Part shown: in pieces, positions 57,264 to 64,000 of the stretch
Layout of the letters: each line of letters starts with the position of its first letter
How positions within the stretch are numbered: position 1 is the first letter of the stretch
NCBI GenBank assembly: GCA_900769545.1
Contig: CAAGGZ010000098.1
Location: 3,941 to 67,940, forward strand
Direction: 5' to 3'
DNA length: 64,000 nucleotides
Source: Clostridia bacterium
GTDB lineage: Bacteria > Bacillota > Clostridia > Christensenellales > Borkfalkiaceae
Notes under the pieces: generated by a model
What the model was told of the DNA's origin: nothing
The model's database searches: none
Seen by the model: only the letters and a program-made list of their open reading frames with translations
Program-made: the position numbers and the translations under genes

Positions 57264-57299
57264 TTGCCTATCGCAGCCGCGATAGGCAAGCGTGTTTTT
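57264..57299 (+). terminator. Terminator-like hairpin 6 nt upstream of the argH start
   Basis: 11-bp stem TTGCCTATCGC-AGCC-GCGATAGGCAA followed by GCGTGTTTTT. Confidence 0.6.
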
Positions 57300-57304
57300 A
57301 GATT

Positions 57305-58684
57305 ATGGAAAAAATGTGGGCAGGGCGGTTTCAAAAAGCCCTGGATAAAAAAGCAGACGATTTTAATTCTTCCCTGCGTTTTGATTTCAGAATGTACGCG
57401 CAGGATATAAAAGGCTCGATGGCGCACGCGGCAATGCTCGCAAAACAAGGCATTGTTCCCGAAAAGGACGTCGATTTGATATTGGACGGGTTAGAAGGTA
57501 TCCTTGCCGATTTAGAGGCAGGGAAGCTCACCTTTGACGACAACGCCGAAGATATTCACATGTATGTCGAGGCGGAGCTCACCAAACGTATCGGGGAAGC
57601 AGGCAAAAAGCTGCACACCGCGCGTAGCCGTAACGACCAAGTAGCGGTGGATATTCGTTTATATCTTCGAGATAAAGCTGCGGAAGTGGTGGAGCTTGTC
57701 AAAACCCTTCTTTCCGTTGTGGTAGATAAAGCGGAAGAAACCGCAGACGTGATTGCGCCCGGGTACACGCATTTACAACGCGCGCAACCCATTTCGTTTG
57801 GGCATCAGTTGATGGCGTATGCGATGATGCTGCTCCGTGATATGGGCAGAATCAAGGACGCCGTAAAGCGTATGAACGTTTCGCCTTTGGGAAGCTGCGC
57901 TTTGGCTGGAACGACCTATCCCACGGACAGAGCGTTCGTGGCGGAAAAGCTCGGGTTTGACGGCGTTATGCAAAATAGTATCGATGGGGTTTCCGACCGC
58001 GATTTTTGCGTGGAGCTGATGAGCGCGTTTGCAATCCTTATGATGCACCTGTCGAGATTTTCCGAGGAAATTATTTTGTGGTCGAGTTGGGAGTTCAAGT
58101 TTATCGAGCTTGACGATTCCTACACTACGGGCTCGTCCATTATGCCGCAAAAGAAAAACCCTGACATGGCGGAGCTTGTCCGCGGTAAAACGGGTAGAGT
58201 ATACGGAAATTTAATGGCGCTTTTGACGACGCTCAAAGGCTTGCCGCTCGCATACAATAAGGACATGCAAGAGGACAAGGAGGCGATTTTCGATTCGTTA
58301 GACACGGTGATTATGTGTTTGGAAGTGTTTGCGCCTATGGTTGCGACGATGAAAGTGAATGCGGACATTACGTATAAAGCGGCGCAGAAAGGCTTTATCA
58401 ACGCCACCGATTTGGCGGATTATCTGACGAAAAAGGGCGTGCCGTTCCGTGTTGCGTATAAGGCGGTGGGGCAAATTGTGGCTGAGTGTATCGAAAAGGG
58501 CTGTGTTTTGGACGAATATCCCTTGGCGGAATACAAAAAACACAGCGACGTTTTTGAAGAAGATTTATATGAAGAAATCTCTCTTGAAACTTGCGTAAAC
58601 AAGCGTTTAAGCGAGGGCGGAGCTTCTCCTTCGTCTGTGAGAAAACAGGTGGAATGGGTGAGGAAGGAAATGCAAAATGCATAA
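57305..58684 (+). CDS. argH: Argininosuccinate lyase
   Basis: MWAGRF and GSSIMPQKKNPD signature. The start could be the ATG at 57314. The last 5 codons and the stop lie inside a heptamer array. Confidence 0.9.
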   Translation: MEKMWAGRFQKALDKKADDFNSSLRFDFRMYAQDIKGSMAHAAMLAKQGIVPEKDVDLILDGLEGILADLEAGKLTFDDNAEDIHMYVEAELTKRIGEAGKKLHTARSRNDQVAVDIRLYLRDKAAEVVELVKTLLSVVVDKAEETADVIAPGYTHLQRAQPISFGHQLMAYAMMLLRDMGRIKDAVKRMNVSPLGSCALAGTTYPTDRAFVAEKLGFDGVMQNSIDGVSDRDFCVELMSAFAILMMHLSRFSEEIILWSSWEFKFIELDDSYTTGSSIMPQKKNPDMAELVRGKTGRVYGNLMALLTTLKGLPLAYNKDMQEDKEAIFDSLDTVIMCLEVFAPMVATMKVNADITYKAAQKGFINATDLADYLTKKGVPFRVAYKAVGQIVAECIEKGCVLDEYPLAEYKKHSDVFEEDLYEEISLETCVNKRLSEGGASPSSVRKQVEWVRKEMQNA

Positions 58685-58705
58685 TGCAAAATGCAAAATT
58701 GAGGA
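58668..58705 (+). repeat. Heptamer array (4 units) overlapping the argH 3' end
   Basis: AAATGCAAAATGCATAATGCAAAATGCAAAATTGAGG. It encodes ..MQNA and the TAA stop of argH. Confidence 0.85.
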
Positions 58706-58741
58706 AGAATTAGAGAGCGTTTTAAACAACGTGGAGAAAAT

Positions 58742-59668
58742 ATGAAAAAAGTATTTATTGACGGCAGCGCAGGGACAACGGGCTTGCGGATATACGAAAG
58801 ACTTTCCAAAAGAGAGGACGTTGCATTACTGCTCCTGTCAGAGGAAAAAAGAAAAGATATTTCGGCGAGAAAGGAAATGCTCAATCGCGCGGACGTGGCG
58901 TTTTTATGTCTGCCCGACGATGCGGCAAGGGAAGCGGTAACGCTCGTCGAAAACCCCGAAACGGTGATAATCGACGCCTCCACGGCGCATAGAACGTTGT
59001 CCGATTGGGCGTATGGCTTTCCGGAGCTTTCCAAAGCCCATGAAGGACGGATATTGAGCTCTAAAAGAATAGCAAACCCCGGCTGTCATGCCAGCGGCTT
59101 TATTGCGCTTACTTATCCGCTTGTGGAAGCAGGGCTGTTGAAGAAAGACGCTTTGCTTACCTGTCATTCGATTACGGGTTATTCGGGCGGCGGTAAAAAA
59201 ATGATTACCGAATACGAAACGGAGAGCCGTAATTTGTTATTGGGCGCGCCCCGTCAGTACGGGCTTTCGCAACAGCATAAGCATTTAAAAGAAATGCAAG
59301 CCATCGTTGGCTTGGAAGTTGCGCCTATGTTTTCGCCTATCGTGGCAGATTTTTACAGCGGTATGACAGTGACGGTGCCTTTGTTTAAACAGCAGATAAA
59401 CGGCTCGATAGAGGACGTAAAAGCGGTGCTCAAGCAAAAATACAACGGCGAGATTGTCAGTTATGTCGAAAGTGTGGACGAGGACGGATTTATTTCCGGG
59501 CTTGCGTTATCGGGGAAGGACAGTATGAAAATTACCGTATGCGGCAACGCAGAGCGAATTTTACTCATAGCGGCGTATGACAACCTTGGCAAAGGCGCAA
59601 GCGGCGCGGCGGTGGAATGTATGAATATGGTCATCGGCGCGGATACAAAAGCAGGGCTGATTTTGTAA
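58742..59668 (+). CDS. argC: N-acetyl-gamma-glutamyl-phosphate reductase (short form)
   Basis: IANPGCHASG active-site Cys. 308 aa. Confidence 0.85.
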   Translation: MKKVFIDGSAGTTGLRIYERLSKREDVALLLLSEEKRKDISARKEMLNRADVAFLCLPDDAAREAVTLVENPETVIIDASTAHRTLSDWAYGFPELSKAHEGRILSSKRIANPGCHASGFIALTYPLVEAGLLKKDALLTCHSITGYSGGGKKMITEYETESRNLLLGAPRQYGLSQQHKHLKEMQAIVGLEVAPMFSPIVADFYSGMTVTVPLFKQQINGSIEDVKAVLKQKYNGEIVSYVESVDEDGFISGLALSGKDSMKITVCGNAERILLIAAYDNLGKGASGAAVECMNMVIGADTKAGLIL

Positions 59669-59716
59669 ATGCAAAATGCAAAATGCAAAATGCAAAATGC
59701 GAAATGAAGGTAGGAT
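59666..59716 (+). repeat. Heptamer array (5 units)
   Basis: TAAATGCAAAATGCAAAATGCAAAATGCAAAATGCGAAATGAAGGTAGGAT. Its first TAA is the argC stop. The flank is identical to 42536-42547. Confidence 0.85.
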
Positions 59717-59802
59717 TTTTAAAATTCAGCCATAACGGCGATGAAATCAACAATGTGCGAAACCAAAGGTTTCTATAATTCACATACAAAAAAGGAAAAA
59801 AT

Positions 59803-61017
59803 ATGTTAAAACAAATTCAGGGCGGCGTTTGCGCCGCAAAAGGCTTTACCGCAAACGGCGTACACTGCGGTATTCGTAAAAATAAAACCAAGCGCGATTT
59901 GGCGCTTATTTACAGCGAAGTTCCTGCAAGCGCGGCGGCGGTGTATACCAAAAACCTCGTGAAAGGCGCTCCGCTTACCGTTACCAAAAACAATATTGCG
60001 GACGGCAAAGCGCAGGCGATTATTTGCAACAGCGGCAACGCCAACACCTGCAATGCCAACGGTATCGAGATTGCGGAAACGACTTGCGCGATTCTTGGCA
60101 AGGCGCTCCGTTTAAAAGCCACCGACGTGGTTGTTGCTTCTACGGGCGTCATTGGTCAGCCTTTGGATATTACTCCCATTCAAAACGGAATCCCTGCCCT
60201 CGTAGAGGGCTTGGGCGCGCACAGTAATCTTGCGTGCGAGGGGATTATGACGACGGACATGAAACCCAAAGAAATCGCCTTTGAGTTTACGGTAGACGGC
60301 AAAGTTTGCCATATCGGCGGTATCGCGAAAGGGAGCGGTATGATTCATCCCAATATGGCGACGATGCTCGTGTTTGTTACCACCGATTGCGCGGTTGCGC
60401 CTCAGGCTCTTCAAAAGGCGTTGTCCAAGGACGTAGAGGACTCGTTTAATATGGTCAGCATTGACGGCGACACGTCCACCAACGATATGGTGACGGTGCT
60501 TGCAAACGGTTTGGCTGGGAATAAGGAGCTCACTGAAACAGACGAAGAATTTGCGATTTTCACGGCGGCGTTGAACGCCGTAACGACCTACCTTTGCAGA
60601 TTGATTGCAGGGGACGGCGAGGGCGCGACAAAGCTCCTTGAGTGTAAAGTCGAGGGGGGCAGGGATGCGTTGACGGCGAAAATTGTCGCAAAATCGGTTA
60701 TTTGTTCCTCGCTTTTTAAAGCGGCTATGTTCGGCGCGGACGCAAACTGGGGACGCGTACTTTGCGCAATCGGGTATTCGGGCGCAGACGTGGACGTGAA
60801 TAAGGTCGGCGTGAGCTTCCGCTCTGCAAAAGGAAGTATCACGGTTTGTGAAAACGGAGCAGGCATACCTTTCTCGGAAGAAAAAGCCAAAGAGATATTA
60901 TTGGAAAGCGAAATCGAAATTTTAATCACGCTCGGTGACGGCGACGGAACAGCGACCGCTTGGGGTTGTGATTTGACGTATGATTATGTAAAGATTAACG
61001 GCGACTATCGAACTTAA
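59803..61017 (+). CDS. argJ: Bifunctional ornithine acetyltransferase / N-acetylglutamate synthase
   Basis: GMIHPNMATMLVF contains the autoprocessing site. 404 aa. Confidence 0.9.
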   Translation: MLKQIQGGVCAAKGFTANGVHCGIRKNKTKRDLALIYSEVPASAAAVYTKNLVKGAPLTVTKNNIADGKAQAIICNSGNANTCNANGIEIAETTCAILGKALRLKATDVVVASTGVIGQPLDITPIQNGIPALVEGLGAHSNLACEGIMTTDMKPKEIAFEFTVDGKVCHIGGIAKGSGMIHPNMATMLVFVTTDCAVAPQALQKALSKDVEDSFNMVSIDGDTSTNDMVTVLANGLAGNKELTETDEEFAIFTAALNAVTTYLCRLIAGDGEGATKLLECKVEGGRDALTAKIVAKSVICSSLFKAAMFGADANWGRVLCAIGYSGADVDVNKVGVSFRSAKGSITVCENGAGIPFSEEKAKEILLESEIEILITLGDGDGTATAWGCDLTYDYVKINGDYRT

Positions 61018-61042
61018 TACGACGGCTTGTCGTATTAAGTTT
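61013..61042 (+). terminator. Hairpin overlapping the argJ stop
   Basis: CTTAATACGAC-GGCTT-GTCGTATTAAG followed by only TTT. A heptamer array follows. Confidence 0.45.
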
Positions 61043-61043
61043 G

Positions 61044-61228
61044 AAATGCAAAATGCAAAGTGCAAAATGCAAAATTGTGGAAGGATAGGAAGTCAAGGAA
61101 CTCAGTTCCTTGTCAGGGTGCAGGGGCGGAAGCCCTTGCAATAGTAGCCCTTCCAAAAGCAAGCTATGCTTGCGCTACTACTGCGCAGCAGCGATAAAAA
61201 TGCAAAGTGCAAAATGCAAAATGCGAAA
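61044..61228 (+). repeat. Composite element: heptamer array, four-hairpin core, heptamer array
   Basis: Arrays at 61044-61074 and 61198-61228. Core hairpins are AAGGAACTCAGTTCCTT, TGCAGGGGCGGAAGCCCTTGCA, GCAAGCTATGCTTGC and CTGCGCAGCAG. Confidence 0.9.
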
Positions 61229-61328
61229 TATACAGGTTGATTTTGCAGTAAATCAAAGTCTGGATGCAACGGCACGTTGCCTGTGGAACGCTGGCAACAA
61301 TTCACGAAAATTACTTATGGAGTTTATT

Positions 61329-62198
61329 ATGGAAAAACCTACCACGGCGCAACGCGCGCAAATATTAACCCAAGCGTTACCCTATATTCAAAAATATTAT
61401 AATAAAATCATCGTCGTAAAGTATGGCGGTAATGCGATGCTTAATGACGAGCTCAAGGAAGCCGTGATGGGCGATATTGTATTGCTCTCGCTTATCGGTA
61501 TCAAAGTTGTGTTGGTACACGGCGGCGGCCCTGAAATCACGGAAATGCTTGGGAAAGTGGGTAAAAAGTCGGAGTTTGTCAACGGGCTTCGCGTTACCGA
61601 CCAAGAAACGGTGGATATTGTGCAGATGGTATTGGCGGGCAAAGTGAATAAAAACCTCGTCAACCACTTGCAGAGAAAGGGCGGTAAAGCTATCGGGCTT
61701 TGCGGTATGGACGGCCACATGATCCGCGCGAAAAAGGTGGACGAACGTTTGGGCTTTGTCGGAGAGATTACCGACGTCAACGTAGCGCCTGTTGTCGACG
61801 TGCTCGAAAAGGGGTATATTCCTGTCATTTCAACGGTTGGCTATGATTTGGACGGCAATACGTACAATATCAATGCGGACACCGTTGCGGCGCGTATTGC
61901 AGGGGAATTGAAAGCGGAATGTCTGATTTCTATGACGGATATTGTGGGTTTGCTCCGTGATAAGGACGACCCGACGACGCTCATTCCCAAGGTATACGTT
62001 TCCGACGCGCCCAAGCTTATGAGAGACGGCGTTATCAGCGGCGGTATGATTCCCAAAATTAACTGCTGTATCGAGGCGATTCGCCGTGGGGTGCATAAGG
62101 TCTTTATTTTGGACGGCAGAGTGCCGCACGCCATCTTGATTGAAATTCTCACTGACGAGGGCTTGGGAACAATGTTTGTTTCGGGGAGCGGTATTTAA
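61329..62198 (+). CDS. argB: Acetylglutamate kinase
   Basis: IIVVKYGGNAM and VLVHGGGP. The longer ORF from 61110 runs through a repeat element and is rejected. Confidence 0.88.
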   Translation: MEKPTTAQRAQILTQALPYIQKYYNKIIVVKYGGNAMLNDELKEAVMGDIVLLSLIGIKVVLVHGGGPEITEMLGKVGKKSEFVNGLRVTDQETVDIVQMVLAGKVNKNLVNHLQRKGGKAIGLCGMDGHMIRAKKVDERLGFVGEITDVNVAPVVDVLEKGYIPVISTVGYDLDGNTYNINADTVAARIAGELKAECLISMTDIVGLLRDKDDPTTLIPKVYVSDAPKLMRDGVISGGMIPKINCCIEAIRRGVHKVFILDGRVPHAILIEILTDEGLGTMFVSGSGI

Positions 62199-63358
62199 TG
62201 AACATCATTGAATTGGATAAACAGTACGTTGCGAACACCTACGCGCGTTTTCCTTTGCAGCTTGTAAAAGGAAAGGGCTCCTTGGTGTACGATGAAAACG
62301 GAAAAGAATATATTGACTTGGGCACAGGTATTGCAGTCAACGCATTCGGCGTGGGTGATACCGAATGGAAAGCGGCGGTAATTGCGCAGCTTGACAAAAT
62401 TCAACACACCTCCAACCTGTATTATAGCGAGCCTTGCGCTCTGCTTGCGAAAGAGCTCTGCGTTCGAACTGGTATGAAAAAGGTGTTTTTCTCCAACTCG
62501 GGGGCAGAAGCCAACGAGTGCGCCATCAAGGCGGCGAGAAAGTATGGGGAGATCAAAAAAGGCAAGGAATATTGCACGGTAATCACCCTAAAAAACAGCT
62601 TCCACGGGCGCACGATTACAACCCTTTCAGCGACGGGACAGGACGTATTTCACGAGCATTTCACGCCTATGACGGAGGGGTTTGTATATGCAACGGCGAA
62701 TGATTTTGAGGAATTGAAAACACTTGCGATAAACCACAAATGTTGCGGCGTGATGATAGAGCTTGTGCAAGGCGAGGGCGGCGTGATGGCGCTCGATAAG
62801 GAATATGTACAGGCAGTAGCGGCGTTTTGTCAAGAACAAGATATGCTGTTGATTGCAGACGAGGTACAAACGGGCAACGGCAGAACGGGCAGTTTGTATG
62901 CGTTTATGGAATACGGCATTATTCCCGACGTGGTTACGACCGCGAAAGGCTTAGGCGGCGGTTTGCCGATTGGCGCAACGATGCTCGGGGAAAGAGCGGA
63001 AACGTTGTTCACGGCGGGGTTGAACGGCTCCACGTTCGGCGGAAATCCCGTGGCGTGCGCAGGCGCGTTGAGTATATTAGAGCGCATAGACGAAAAACTG
63101 CTTGCAGAAGTCAAAGAAAAGAGCGCGTACATTTTCAATGAATTACAGAACGCAGAGGGCGTAAAGAGCGTTTCGGGTATGGGTTTTATGATCGGTATTG
63201 AAACGGAAAAAGACGCCTCTAAGGTTATCGCGGATTGTATGGAAAAGGGAGTTTTGGTGATAAAAGCGAAGAACAAAGTACGTTTGTTGCCTGCGCTCAA
63301 TATCCCGTGGGAACAGTTAAAAAAGGCGATTACAACGCTGAAAACGGCGTTGAAGTAA
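62198..63358 (+). CDS. argD: Acetylornithine aminotransferase
   Basis: SNSGAEANE, DEVQTG and TTAKGLGGG (PLP lysine). Its ATG overlaps the argB stop. Confidence 0.88.
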   Translation: MNIIELDKQYVANTYARFPLQLVKGKGSLVYDENGKEYIDLGTGIAVNAFGVGDTEWKAAVIAQLDKIQHTSNLYYSEPCALLAKELCVRTGMKKVFFSNSGAEANECAIKAARKYGEIKKGKEYCTVITLKNSFHGRTITTLSATGQDVFHEHFTPMTEGFVYATANDFEELKTLAINHKCCGVMIELVQGEGGVMALDKEYVQAVAAFCQEQDMLLIADEVQTGNGRTGSLYAFMEYGIIPDVVTTAKGLGGGLPIGATMLGERAETLFTAGLNGSTFGGNPVACAGALSILERIDEKLLAEVKEKSAYIFNELQNAEGVKSVSGMGFMIGIETEKDASKVIADCMEKGVLVIKAKNKVRLLPALNIPWEQLKKAITTLKTALK

Positions 63359-63367
63359 AAAAGGGAA

Positions 63368-63580
63368 GTAAGAAGTCAAGAAACTTAGTTTCTTGCGAGG
63401 TGTGGAGCAGAGCTCCACGGGAAGAAGCCCAAAGAGAAGCAAAGCTTTGCTTTGCGCTAAAAGACGCCTTTGGCGTAGATGGCAGAGCCATGTAGCGCAA
63501 AACTGTGTTTTGCTTTTAAAGGGGGACATTGCAAAGGCCCCGCCTCTGCACACCGCAAGGGACAACGTCCCTTGACCCTA
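63368..63580 (+). repeat. ~210-bp multi-hairpin element with GTCAAG...CTTGAC inverted termini
   Basis: GTCAAGAAACTTAGTTTCTTG at the 5' end and CAAGGGACAACGTCCCTTGAC at the 3' end. The internal hairpin TGGAGCAGAGCTCCA is shared with 33753-33769. Confidence 0.8.
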
Positions 63581-63612
63581 AGTATTAGAAAACACATCAA
63601 AAGGAGATAGAA

Positions 63613-64000
63613 ATGAAACATTTATTAAAGTTGATGGATTTATCCAAGAAGGATATTACCGAAATTTTGAATTTGGCAGACCAGTTGAAATTCGAAAAGA
63701 AAAACGGTATCGAGCACCACTTGCTCAAAGGTAAAACGCTCGGTATGATTTTTGAGAAATCGTCCACCCGTACCCGTGTGTCGTTTGAGGTAGGTATGTA
63801 TGATTTGGGCGGTACGGCTCTGTTCTTGAGCTCCCGTGATTTGCAAATCGGCAGAGGGGAGCCCGTGCAGGACACCGCGCGCGTACTGTCGAGATATTTG
63901 GACGGTATCATGATTCGTACCTTTGCGCAAAAGGAAGTAGAGGATTTGGCGGAATACGGCTCTATTCCCATTATCAACGGTTTGACGGATTATTGTCATC
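63613..64000 (+). CDS. argF: Ornithine carbamoyltransferase (3' end outside window)
   Basis: FEKSSTRTRVSFE carbamoyl-phosphate motif. ATG after aaggag. Sits in the arg cluster. Confidence 0.8.
   Translation, partial: MKHLLKLMDLSKKDITEILNLADQLKFEKKNGIEHHLLKGKTLGMIFEKSSTRTRVSFEVGMYDLGGTALFLSSRDLQIGRGEPVQDTARVLSRYLDGIMIRTFAQKEVEDLAEYGSIPIINGLTDYCH

Noticed and set aside
58668-58705. Heptamer arrays as ArgR (ARG-box) operators, because they are frequent in the arg cluster
   Set aside because: ARG-box half-sites are about 10 bp apart, whereas the TGCA cores here are 7 bp apart. The arrays also occur after recG, the LRR gene, a hypothetical gene and the Cys-rich gene, none of which relate to arginine.
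59666-59716. Heptamer arrays as CRISPR, or as coding mini-ORFs (21 nt = MQNAKCK)
   Set aside because: The units are 7 bp with no spacers, so this is not CRISPR. The possible peptides lack an RBS, and the same peptide arises in every frame simply because 3 x 7 = 21.
61110-61328. N-terminal extension of argB starting at 61110, and similar extensions at 31503 (fmt), 30347, 42903 and 55737
   Set aside because: The extensions read through repeat elements or promoters (for example KMQSAKCKM from the heptamer array). Canonical N-termini with an SD are found downstream.

Overview
The gene content and order look like a Firmicutes/Clostridia-type chromosome: yicC-gmk-rpoZ-priA-def-fmt-rsmB-rlmN...rpe, and rpmB / asp23-yloV-recG. 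This assignment rests on gene order and protein motifs only. I call 61 protein-coding genes, 55 of them on the + strand, and almost all are core housekeeping. They include an aminotransferase, thrC, rlmD, luxS, a superoxide-reductase/rubredoxin pair, rpsU, pcrA, ligA, minDE, ktrAB, trmO, metF with a split metH, and an argG-H-C-J-B-D-F cluster. I found no rRNA, tRNA, CRISPR array, transposase, integrase or recognisable defence or secretion island. I see no clear multi-gene novel system here. The unexplained signal is non-coding. The first is a family of tandem 7-bp arrays, (TGCRWAR)n, at 11 sites. Most of these arrays sit directly on or after stop codons. The second and third are two families of multi-hairpin intergenic elements, about 120 bp and about 210 bp long. 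Their stems keep pairing through compensatory changes, and they occupy 3' UTRs and intercistronic gaps, including most gaps of the arg cluster. Secondary points are listed below.
- A highly modular His/Cys-rich surface protein whose codon usage resembles the ribosomal protein genes.
- Tandem lipoprotein cassettes with a duplicated 5' region.
- A 31-bp duplication of the rlmD 3' end that looks like an att scar.
- Twin palindromic operators in front of the superoxide-reductase operon.
- Two candidate leaderless mRNAs.
- Several uncharacterised small gene modules.
All functional calls come from motif recognition by eye. No database search or computation was run.
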